Source: Gemmatimonadota bacterium
GTDB taxonomy: Bacteria; Gemmatimonadota; Gemmatimonadetes; Palauibacterales; KS3-K002
Assembly (NCBI GenBank): GCA_039586795.1
Contig: JBDHJS010000051.1
Span: forward strand, 1-23,717
Length of the DNA stretch: 23,717 nucleotides
Direction of reading: 5' to 3'
The position numbers and the translations under genes were made by a program. Positions 1 through 8,264 of this stretch are shown here, piece by piece (the first letter of the stretch is position 1; each line of letters opens with the position of its first letter). A model generated the notes under the pieces. It was not told the DNA's origin. It saw only the letters and a list, made by a program, of their open reading frames with translations, and made no database searches.

Positions 1-1443
1 GGCTCGACGTTCGAGGGTTGGACTGGCGGTGGATGTACCGGAACCGGCACGTGCCTGGTAACGATGAGCCAGGCGCAGACCGTGACGGCGATGTTCGATC
101 TCATCCCGCGGCATGACTTGACCGTCATCGGGAGCGGGACGGGGAGCGGCGGCGTGACCAGCAACCCGACGGGTATCGGCTGCACGGTCACCGCCGGCGT
201 CGCATCCGGCGATTGCAGTGAGTCGTACGAAGAGAACACGCAGGTCACACTCACGGCGTCCGCCGATGCGGGTTCAACGTTCCAGGGTTGGACCGGTGGC
301 GGGTGCAGCGGCACCGGCACGTGCCAGGTAACGATGAGCCAGGCGCTGGCCGTGACGGCGGCGTTCGAGCTCATCCCACGGCATGACTTGACGATACTGG
401 GCAGCGGCACAGGGAATGGTGGCGTGACGAGCAATCCGGCCGGCATCAACTGTACGATGACGGCCGGCACGCCGACCGGTGACTGCAGCGAGACCTATGA
501 ACAGGACACACAGGTCACGCTGACGGCGCAGGCCAGCGCGGGCTCGACTTTCGAGGGTTGGAGCGGTGGTGGGTGCAGCGGCACAGGGGCGTGCCAGGTA
601 ACGATGAGTCAGGTACAGACCGTGACGGCGACCTTCCAGCTCATCCCGCAGTACACCTTGACCGTAGCGGGCGGCGGCACGGGGAACGGCGGCGTGACAA
701 GCGATCTCAACGGCATCAACTGTACGATCACCGCGGGAATAACAACCGGCGACTGCACCGAGTTGTACGACGAGAGCACGCTGGTTACCCTCACCGCATC
801 GGCCGACGCGGGCTCGACGTTTGAGGGCTGGAGCGGCGGCGGATGTACAGGAACGGGTACCTGCCAGGTGACGATGACCCAAGCACAGACAGTAACGGCG
901 ACATTCCAGCTCGTGTTGCAGTTGACCGTACTAGGTAGCGGCGCGGGGAACGGCAACGTGACGAGCAGCCCGACGGGCATCGACTGCACGATCACAGCCG
1001 GTACCGGTACCGGAGACTGCAGCGAGTCGTACGCTCCGAACACGCCGGTCGACCTCACTGCAGCGGCCGACGCAAGTTCGACGTTCGAGGGTTGGAGCGG
1101 CGGCGGGTGCAGTGGAACGGGAACTTGCCGGGTGACGATGAGCCAGGCACAAACGGTGACGGCGACGTTCGAGCTCATCCCTGCCTTCGAGTTGACCGTC
1201 GTGGGTAGCGGCTCGGGAAGCGGCACCGTGACGAGCAATCCAACGGGCATCAGCTGCTCGATCACCGCCGGTGGCGCGACCGGTGACTGCGTCGAGCTGT
1301 TTGGGGAGAGCACGGTGGTCATCCTCACCGCATCGGCCAATGCCAGCTCGACCTTCGAGGGTTGGAGCGGCGGCGTGTGCAGCGGAACGGGTACATGCCA
1401 GGTGACGATGAACCAGACACAATTCGTGACGGCCCTCTTCTCC
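1..1443 (+). repeat. Tandem ~270-bp (90-aa) coding repeats, InlB B-repeat/Flg_new-like, four Cys per unit
   Basis: The motif (G/S)STF(E/Q)GW(T/S)GG(G/V)C starts at 1, 271, 541, 811, 1075 and 1345 (spacings 270, 270, 270, 264, 270). Unit consensus is LTVxGxGxGxGxVTSxPxGIxC...GDCxExY...VTLTA...F.GW.GGGC.GTG.C.VTM.Q.QTVTA.F. Confidence 0.9.
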
Positions 1444-2484
1444 GGTGGCACGGTACAGGTTCAGGCCACAGTGGAGACCGATCCCTCTCACCACGCGGGC
1501 GATACCGCCGACGACATGGCGATCTGGATCCACCCCACCGACCCGTCGCTCAGCCTGGTGATCGGCGACGACAAGGAAGGCGGCCTGATGGTCTGGGGGA
1601 TGGACGGGAGGGAAGTACAGTACGTCGACGCGAACAACTACAACAACGTCGACCTGCGGTACAACTTCCCGCTGGCCGGTCAGTTCAGCGGTGGCGCGAC
1701 GCACCAAACGGTTGCGTTGGTCGGCGTGGGCGATGAGGGCTCCGCGGAGATCGACTTTTTCAAGATTAACCCGAGCACGCGTCGGCTCGAGGCCGCCGGC
1801 AGCATCGACCTCGGGACCAGCTTTGTCCCGTACGGCTCGTGCATGTACTACAGCACGATCAGCCGCAAGTACTACTACTTCGTGAACAACCGCGATGGCG
1901 ATGTGCAGCAGTGGGAGCTGACGGACGACGGGAGCGGCGGAGTGACCGGCACCAACGTGCGGGAATTCGACGTGGGCAGCCTGGTCGAGGGGTGTGTGGC
2001 CGACGATCACCTGGGACACTTCTACATCGGAGAAGAGGACGTCGGCATCTGGAAATACGGCGCCGAGGCGAACGCGGGGACAGCACGTACGCAGGTGGAT
2101 GAGACGGGCTCGGGCGGAAATCTGGTGGCCGACGTCGAGGGCTTGTCGCTCTACTACGATGGCACGGGAGCGGGCTACCTGCTGGCGTCGAGTCAGGGCG
2201 AAGGCAGATTCGTGATTTACACGCGGGAAGGCGACAACGCGTTCGTTGGCAAAGTCCAGGTGGTATCAAATGGTGGTATCGACTCGGTGAGCGGTATCGA
2301 CGGTCTGGACGTGACCAACTTCCCGATGGGCCCCGGCTTCACCCAGGGTCTGTTCACCGTCCATGATGGCGACAACGCCGGCGCCTCGGCGTCCAACGTG
2401 AAGTACGTGCCCTGGGCGTCGATTGCCGCGGCCCTGGGGCTTTCGGTGAACACCACTTACGACCCGCGGACGGTCGGACAGTAG
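1..2484 (+). CDS. Repeat-rich exported protein with C-terminal beta-propeller phytase (3-phytase) domain; 5' end lies outside the window
   Basis: Frame 1 is open from base 1 (GSTFEGWTGGGC...), so the ATG at 64 is internal. The C-terminal ~340 aa carry beta-propeller phytase motifs: DTADDMAIWIHPTDP (cf. DAADDPAIW), NNVDLRY, YGSCMY, VEGCVADD, YIGEEDVGIWKY, ADVEGLSLY, YLLASSQG. Confidence 0.88.
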   Translation, partial: GSTFEGWTGGGCTGTGTCLVTMSQAQTVTAMFDLIPRHDLTVIGSGTGSGGVTSNPTGIGCTVTAGVASGDCSESYEENTQVTLTASADAGSTFQGWTGGGCSGTGTCQVTMSQALAVTAAFELIPRHDLTILGSGTGNGGVTSNPAGINCTMTAGTPTGDCSETYEQDTQVTLTAQASAGSTFEGWSGGGCSGTGACQVTMSQVQTVTATFQLIPQYTLTVAGGGTGNGGVTSDLNGINCTITAGITTGDCTELYDESTLVTLTASADAGSTFEGWSGGGCTGTGTCQVTMTQAQTVTATFQLVLQLTVLGSGAGNGNVTSSPTGIDCTITAGTGTGDCSESYAPNTPVDLTAAADASSTFEGWSGGGCSGTGTCRVTMSQAQTVTATFELIPAFELTVVGSGSGSGTVTSNPTGISCSITAGGATGDCVELFGESTVVILTASANASSTFEGWSGGVCSGTGTCQVTMNQTQFVTALFSGGTVQVQATVETDPSHHAGDTADDMAIWIHPTDPSLSLVIGDDKEGGLMVWGMDGREVQYVDANNYNNVDLRYNFPLAGQFSGGATHQTVALVGVGDEGSAEIDFFKINPSTRRLEAAGSIDLGTSFVPYGSCMYYSTISRKYYYFVNNRDGDVQQWELTDDGSGGVTGTNVREFDVGSLVEGCVADDHLGHFYIGEEDVGIWKYGAEANAGTARTQVDETGSGGNLVADVEGLSLYYDGTGAGYLLASSQGEGRFVIYTREGDNAFVGKVQVVSNGGIDSVSGIDGLDVTNFPMGPGFTQGLFTVHDGDNAGASASNVKYVPWASIAAALGLSVNTTYDPRTVGQ

Positions 2485-2711
2485 CGGCCCGTCCCGGACA
2501 GACTTCCTCGCCAGGGCGACCCTAGCGTTGCATACAGGCCACAGCGCACCAACCTTTCCCATCGACAGTCGAAGTGAGGCGGGGCCCGCGCGCACGCCAG
2601 AAACGCGAAACGTCGCGGCACACATATTGTTTAGCAGGTTTTTGGGAGATCCGGCGAGTGCGTCGCCAGGACTTCAGGATGTCCGTTCTTAGCGCCCGAA
2701 AGTAGAGCGTT

Positions 2712-4454
2712 GTGATTCCAGATATAGCTACACTCGAAGCGAGCTTCCGTCCGTTGCTCGAGAAATCAGGCGGATTCTCACCCGCCGAACGACGTGAAGC
2801 ACTGGCGACGATGTTCCGCGGTCACGGTTATGAGTGGTCGCTGCTCTGCCCCGCCTGTCCCGACACGAGAGCCCTGATATTACCCGCGCCGTGGAGCCTC
2901 GCGCCGCTCGCTATGGCCGATCGGTTCGCGGAACTCGCGGTCTGGGAGACCGACCCAAAGCGCGCCGAGCTTCTGAACGACTTCTACAGGAGCCTGACAC
3001 TGCCCGTAAAGATGATCAGTGCTCCCCTAGATCAACTCGTTGACCACCCCGATCGATACGACGTGCTCGTCTTCGAGGACAGCTTCGCACAGCTGCGCGG
3101 TTGCGGCCCTAAGGAGGTCGAGACATGGGCTGCCAAGCTGCTCGCGCCGGGGGGACAGTGCTGCATTGTGACCGCGAGTCGCTTCGGGCGGAACGTCTGG
3201 AGAGGCAACCTGAAGAGTTTCGCTCGAGAGCTGCGGCGCGTATTCAAGCAAGGTTATGCGGTGCCATCACTGAACGGGCTTCGGCGCCGCATGCGGCGCG
3301 CTTCTCTCACAAGACACCGCACGTACTACTTCTACCCAGATCATAGAAAGCCGCGGGAAATTCTGAGCTGGAACGGGACCCTGCCCCGTCATATGCGCGG
3401 CGGCATCTACAAGCTGCTGGATCGCCTGGGATTCACCGAGCAGGTCCACGATAGCTTCATGATGGTCGCAGGAGAGAAGGAACCGGCGTCAGGGCTCGTA
3501 GACGAGCTGCTATCTCACATCGAAGAAGAACTCGGTCTGGCTGACAGGCCCGCGATCCATGAGTGTCGCGTCCAAAGGACAGGCGTGATGCTGCTATTTC
3601 TGGATCTCGGTGACCGCGGCGAAGCCGTGCTGCGCGTGCCGCTTCACCGAAGGGCCGAGTTGCGAATGGTAGCTAACGGCGATGCCCTGGAAACGCTGCA
3701 TGCCGGCGCACCTCAGATTCATTCACTCGCTCCCCAGAGGCTTTCCTCCGGTTCTGTGGGCGGCATGCCGTATTACCTGGAGAATAAGCTCACGGGAACA
3801 CCCGCCTACGACATCATTGCGGGCTCCCGAGACGAGCGGTGGATTCTCGACGAGGCTTTCCAGTTCCTCAAGACTTTTTCCCACGAGCAAGCTCGGTACG
3901 CGCTGGCGGATGAGGAGATAAGACCGAAGTACTATCAGAGACCTCTAGATATCATGCGGGAACATTTCGCAGAGCTCTCAGAGGAATTGGACGAGCTGGG
4001 GGCCTTCTTGGATAGCAGCACCAAAGGTCAGCGAATACCCTCCGTATGGCTACATGGTGATTTCAACACTAAGAACGTCCTGGTCCATCCAGACGAAAGA
4101 AAGATCACGGGCGTCATCGACTGGGACCTGTTGAGCGAAACGGGCCTGCCGCTCCAGGACCTGCTGCACTTCATCCTGAGCATGCACCGTAGACGACGTC
4201 AGATCGGTATCGGGGAAGTCGTCGTTCGTGCCCTGGAAGGGGGTCTCCTTCACCCCCACGAGCAATCCGTCGTGGATCGTTATTGCGCGCAGTTCGACCT
4301 GCAACCGGAACTGGTGAAGCCCATGCTTCTGGTCTATTGGGCGCGACACGTGGCCCCCAAGTCCATCAAAGGAGGACGCGTGCCGGGAGATGAATGGTCG
4401 CAGCAGCACGTCATCGAACCTCTGCGAAAGATTCGATGGTTGATCAAGCGCTAG
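2712..4454 (+). CDS. Aminoglycoside phosphotransferase/choline-kinase-fold protein with a degenerate N-terminal methyltransferase-like region
   Basis: 580-aa ORF, GTG start. Brenner-type motif WLHGDFNTKNVLV followed by GVIDWD and PLQDLLHF. The N-terminal YDVLVFED...LLAPGGQCCIV resembles class I SAM-methyltransferase strands, but no clear GxGxG motif is visible. Confidence 0.75.
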   Translation: MIPDIATLEASFRPLLEKSGGFSPAERREALATMFRGHGYEWSLLCPACPDTRALILPAPWSLAPLAMADRFAELAVWETDPKRAELLNDFYRSLTLPVKMISAPLDQLVDHPDRYDVLVFEDSFAQLRGCGPKEVETWAAKLLAPGGQCCIVTASRFGRNVWRGNLKSFARELRRVFKQGYAVPSLNGLRRRMRRASLTRHRTYYFYPDHRKPREILSWNGTLPRHMRGGIYKLLDRLGFTEQVHDSFMMVAGEKEPASGLVDELLSHIEEELGLADRPAIHECRVQRTGVMLLFLDLGDRGEAVLRVPLHRRAELRMVANGDALETLHAGAPQIHSLAPQRLSSGSVGGMPYYLENKLTGTPAYDIIAGSRDERWILDEAFQFLKTFSHEQARYALADEEIRPKYYQRPLDIMREHFAELSEELDELGAFLDSSTKGQRIPSVWLHGDFNTKNVLVHPDERKITGVIDWDLLSETGLPLQDLLHFILSMHRRRRQIGIGEVVVRALEGGLLHPHEQSVVDRYCAQFDLQPELVKPMLLVYWARHVAPKSIKGGRVPGDEWSQQHVIEPLRKIRWLIKR

Positions 4455-5902
4455 TCAGATCGGAGTACAGCCTGCTGTTCGAGGCTCTGAGCGAGGCTGA
4501 CATCGGGTTTTGCTTGCTCCGCGATGACCTGCGCGGCGAAACCCCTCCCGATGATCTGGACATGCTGGTGGACAGCGCTCGCTTCGATGAAGCGTTGGAC
4601 GTTCTCAAGCGAAACGGCTACCGGATCAGAGTCAGCGAGCGCCTCATCCCCTTCAAGACCAGCCTCGTGAAGCACGCTTGTGGACACTTCATCGCCGTCG
4701 ACCTGCACCGCGAAGTCGTACAGGGTGGAATCATTTATATGGATGGCCAGTCCGTGCTGGCCGGGCGCGAGTCGGTGGATGATTACTTTCTGCCGGCGGA
4801 CAGCGACCTGCTGGCCATACTCGCCTTCCATAACGTCATCGGAAAACGACACATCCAAGAGAAGCACTACTCTCAGATCCGCGCGTTGAGCGAAAGAGTC
4901 GACCGAGAAACGCTTCGTCTAACACTAAGTGAATACGGCACTTACGACTACCTTTGCGGCCTGATCGACGACCTCGACGCGTACCATCGCGAACCCGATC
5001 GCACCGAACGACTGCGCGATGACATCATAAAGCAGCTGCGTCGAGCGAATCCCGGACTGCGTGGGCGGCGCTTTCTCATGCGTTTGCGTCGCCGTTTGCG
5101 GCGCAGAGATCCACGTCCGCGAGCTCCGCTGTACGCCTTTCTGGGTGTCGACGGCAGCGGCAAGTCATCTTTAACAGCGGCGTTTGTGGAGCTTCTCAAC
5201 CGCAAGAACGGGTTCCCCGCTGTCGTATTGTACATGGGACCGTGGGGAGGTCGCCGCCTACGGTTTATTCCCAACTCGCCGTATGCTCCCGGTTATAGTC
5301 TCACGGTAGGTGAGTGGTTCGGCGAGGTATTTGGAAGGAAACCACGAGAAGTTGGACTGGTCGACTCTGTACGCATCACGCTGAAATCAGTGGCCGGTCG
5401 CTCGCTCACGAAAGAAGAACGCGCTCTTCACAAGAACATCCGCGAACAGTCACGACTCTATCTGACCGCTCGCATGCTGAGGAGCCTGCTGCGCGCGTGG
5501 ACATTCTTCCCGTTGATCACGATGGAGATGTACTACCGGTACTGGCAAGCCTATCGGAAGCGGCGGCGCGGCACGACCGTCATCGCCGACCGATATATAT
5601 ATGATCTGATGACGGGATCCATGCGGCGAAGCACACCACAATACCGCCGCACACGGCTTCTGCTGTGCCGGCTGTTCCCCCGCCCGACGCGTACGTTCCT
5701 CCTACACGCCGATCCGGAGACCATTCTTGCCAGGAAGGATGATCTGTCGCCCGAAATGCTGAGGGACTTTCAGGCTGCCTATGATGAAATGTCCGAGAAG
5801 TACGCGTTCGAGACGGTAGAAACGGACCAACTTCCGGAGGCTCTGGCGCAAAGATTGGTCGAGCGTCACTATGACGAGTTAGCCGAAAGACTGCGATATT
5901 GA
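4436..5902 (+). CDS. Fusion of a nucleotidyltransferase-like N-terminal domain and a thymidylate-kinase-like P-loop domain
   Basis: ATG at 4436 overlaps the end of the upstream gene (the ORF track starts at 4394). The N-terminus has an NTase DxD signature (PDDLDMLVD...LKRNGY...VDLH). The C-terminus has Walker A GVDGSGKS, IADRYIYD and FPRPTRTFLLHADPETILARK, typical of dTMP-kinase-like proteins. Confidence 0.72.
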   Translation: MVDQALVRSEYSLLFEALSEADIGFCLLRDDLRGETPPDDLDMLVDSARFDEALDVLKRNGYRIRVSERLIPFKTSLVKHACGHFIAVDLHREVVQGGIIYMDGQSVLAGRESVDDYFLPADSDLLAILAFHNVIGKRHIQEKHYSQIRALSERVDRETLRLTLSEYGTYDYLCGLIDDLDAYHREPDRTERLRDDIIKQLRRANPGLRGRRFLMRLRRRLRRRDPRPRAPLYAFLGVDGSGKSSLTAAFVELLNRKNGFPAVVLYMGPWGGRRLRFIPNSPYAPGYSLTVGEWFGEVFGRKPREVGLVDSVRITLKSVAGRSLTKEERALHKNIREQSRLYLTARMLRSLLRAWTFFPLITMEMYYRYWQAYRKRRRGTTVIADRYIYDLMTGSMRRSTPQYRRTRLLLCRLFPRPTRTFLLHADPETILARKDDLSPEMLRDFQAAYDEMSEKYAFETVETDQLPEALAQRLVERHYDELAERLRY

Positions 5903-5923
5903 CGCGTCTATTGACTGAACGTA

Positions 5924-6400
5924 CTAGTCGGGCGACTCGCTGCTGTGGTCATGCACGATTCGCCAGCCCTCCGAAGTCTCCTCCAGAACCAGCGTAAATA
6001 TCCCGGTCGAAGTGATAGAGTCGCCCTGGAAGAGCACATAGCGGGCGGTCGCCAGACCGAGGCCGACGCCCAGCGGACGCGTCTCCAGGTTTTCAAAGCG
6101 AAGCGAATCTCGGGCAGCGCCCGGCTCGAAGCGTCCAGCATAGCCTGCGCGCAGCTCATCCCAACCATGCCGTGGCCCGCGAGCGCCCATGAACGTCGTC
6201 TCCGGGCTCTTCTTGTACCAGAAGACGAAGCGGTCCAGGTCGCCACCGTTCCACGCGCGTTCCGAGTCTTCGAGCAGGCTGTCCACTGCGGCGTGGAGAA
6301 CGGAAGGATCCGGCTCGGCTCGTTCTGCCGCGGTTGAGCACGCGCCAGCAGCGACCATCAGCGAGAGTAGCACCAGCGCGAGCGGCTTCGTCATCATCAT
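5924..6400 (-). CDS. NTF2-like (DUF4440/YybH-type) lipoprotein
   Basis: Signal peptide with lipobox-like AGAC. Motifs AWNGGDLDRF...Y, G.FTLVLE....GWRIVHDHSS. The exact start among MMM is uncertain. Confidence 0.8.
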   Translation of the reverse strand: MMMTKPLALVLLSLMVAAGACSTAAERAEPDPSVLHAAVDSLLEDSERAWNGGDLDRFVFWYKKSPETTFMGARGPRHGWDELRAGYAGRFEPGAARDSLRFENLETRPLGVGLGLATARYVLFQGDSITSTGIFTLVLEETSEGWRIVHDHSSESPD

Positions 6401-6419
6401 GACAATGTCCCTCTCGACC

Positions 6420-7262
6420 TTACAGGTGTCTTGCGAACCAATCGGCCGTCAGATCGATGACCTGCTCCAGATGTTCCGTCGTCCCTTTGAACGGGTGGGC
6501 GCCGCCGAAGGTGTGGCCACCGCCATCGATGACAACATGCTGCGAACTCTCCTGCGGCGCGGCCGCAGCCAGCAACTCCGCCTCGGACGCCGGTACCGAT
6601 TCGTCAGCGCTACCATGGACGATCAGGTAGGGAATCTGTAGGCGCGACGCCGCAGCCTGGAGATTCAGCCGATCGGCGTTCTTCTCGTAGTCCTCCAGCA
6701 GCCCTATCCCCAGTGGCATCGTCTGCCCGGTGCGGGCATTGAGGATCCCGATTCGACCCTCGCGCCGCCAATCCGCCTTCTTCTCCTCGCTCCAGCGGTC
6801 CAGATAGCTGACAGCGTTCCAGGTGACGATGGCTTTGACGCGCTCATCCTCGGCTCCGGTGATGATGGTGCTGATGCCGCCGCGGCTGTGCCCGAGAATG
6901 CCAAAACGCCGCCGGGCGTCGACGCCGGGCAGTTGCCCCGTCTCGAAAGTGTCGAGCACCGTCCGAAGATCGGAAAGCTCCTTGCTGAACGTGTTCGCCT
7001 CGAACTTGTCCAGTTCGGTGAAGTTGAGCAGGTCGGCGCCGACGCCGTTACCGGAGAAATTGAACTGGATGACCGGGAAACCCGTGCGGCCGGCGAGCTG
7101 CTCCGCGATGTATGGGAAGGAGCCCCAGTCCTTGAAGCCCTTGAAACCGTGACAGATCACGATTGCGGCGTCCGCCTTCGGAGCTTCGGTCATGCGGACG
7201 TCGCCGCGGATCGGATCGCCGTCCTTGTTCTGAAGCTCGAACCGTTCGTGATCGATCGTCAT
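6420..7262 (-). CDS. Alpha/beta-fold hydrolase
   Basis: Motifs CHGFKGFKDWG, nucleophile GHSRGG, HGSADESV, GGHTFG. The start is placed at 7262 (MTIDH...) because it forms an ATGA overlap with the upstream stop at 7259-7261. Confidence 0.88.
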   Translation of the reverse strand: MTIDHERFELQNKDGDPIRGDVRMTEAPKADAAIVICHGFKGFKDWGSFPYIAEQLAGRTGFPVIQFNFSGNGVGADLLNFTELDKFEANTFSKELSDLRTVLDTFETGQLPGVDARRRFGILGHSRGGISTIITGAEDERVKAIVTWNAVSYLDRWSEEKKADWRREGRIGILNARTGQTMPLGIGLLEDYEKNADRLNLQAAASRLQIPYLIVHGSADESVPASEAELLAAAAPQESSQHVVIDGGGHTFGGAHPFKGTTEHLEQVIDLTADWFARHL

Positions 7263-7825
7263 TCGCCGGATTCCGGGTGCCACTCGACGTCGGTGGCTCC
7301 GAGCCGCGCGTTGGCTGCCCGCGCCAGGGTGAAGAGGAAGTCGCTGAGTCTGTTCAGATAGCGAATGGTGACTTCTTCGAGTTCCTCGTGCCGGGCGAGC
7401 TGAACGACGCGCCGCTCGGCGCGACGGCAAACGCTTCTGGTCACATGCAAAGTCGCCGCGACCTCGCTGCCACCCGGCAGTACGAACGCCTGAAGAGGCG
7501 CGAGCTCCTCATCCAGGATGTCGATCCACTGCTCCAGCTGTTCGACCCTGGCATCCGACAGCTCCGGGATGTGACCCGGCTTCTCCGAGCCGGACTTCGG
7601 AGTCGCGAGGATGGCACCAAGAATGAAGCAATCGGACTGAATACCGGTGAGACGTTCCCGCCAATCGCTCATGACATCCGGCAGTCTAGCGATAGCCAGG
7701 CCGAGGAAAGAGTTCAGCTCATCCACAGTACCGTAAGCTTCGACTCGAATGTCGTCCTTCGAGACTTGCTTTCCTCCAAACAGTGAGGTATCGCCGCCGT
7801 CGCCCCGGCGTGTATAGATCTTCAT
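7259..7825 (-). CDS. pduO: PduO-type ATP:cob(I)alamin adenosyltransferase
   Basis: Family signature motifs MKIYTRRGDGGDTSLFGG, RVEAYGTVDELNS, FVLPGG, RSVCRRAERR, YLNRLSDFLF. Confidence 0.93.
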   Translation of the reverse strand: MKIYTRRGDGGDTSLFGGKQVSKDDIRVEAYGTVDELNSFLGLAIARLPDVMSDWRERLTGIQSDCFILGAILATPKSGSEKPGHIPELSDARVEQLEQWIDILDEELAPLQAFVLPGGSEVAATLHVTRSVCRRAERRVVQLARHEELEEVTIRYLNRLSDFLFTLARAANARLGATDVEWHPESGE

Positions 7826-7866
7826 ATTGTGCGCACCACTTTAGATTCGGTGGTTCTGGGATTCCA

Positions 7867-8247
7867 TCACGTCTTAAGACTACCCTTCTCCCTCACCCTA
7901 ACTTTCACTTCGCGCCTTCCAAACTGCACGGCTTCTTCACACGTAGGCATCCATATATCGACGATGTATCCTTTGACCTTGCCGCCCGTATCCATCACCT
8001 CGTACTTGCTGAACACATCGTCGTCGACCTTGATGTCGATCACGCTGCCAAGCGGTAGTACGCGTGGGTCGCCGGCCACGATGCCCTCTCGCACCCATAC
8101 CCCCGACTTCGTGAATCCATAGTCGCAATACGCCGTAGCCTCGAACGGATGCCAGACCAGTGATGGCTCCAGCGGTTGATAGAAGACGCATCCGGCGACG
8201 ATCGCCAACACCGGCACCGCAAACTTCGAGACCTTCCCCAACTTCAT
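7867..8247 (-). CDS. 3D (Asp-Asp-Asp) domain protein, probable lipoprotein, peptidoglycan-related
   Basis: Motifs ATAYC, VAGDPRVLPLGS, DTGGKVKG..VDIWM...A.QFGRR. The N-terminus MKLGK...LAIVAGC is lipobox-like. Confidence 0.85.
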   Translation of the reverse strand: MKLGKVSKFAVPVLAIVAGCVFYQPLEPSLVWHPFEATAYCDYGFTKSGVWVREGIVAGDPRVLPLGSVIDIKVDDDVFSKYEVMDTGGKVKGYIVDIWMPTCEEAVQFGRREVKVRVREKGSLKT

Positions 8248-8264
8248 CACACCACACCGCCCAT

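Noticed and set aside
1..1443. Repeats as a CRISPR array or mobile element
   Set aside because: They are in-frame coding repeats with synonymous divergence and have no repeat-spacer structure.
7263..7430. N-terminal extension of the hydrolase ORF
   Set aside because: It overlaps pduO in another frame. The ATGA-coupled start at 7262 is more plausible.
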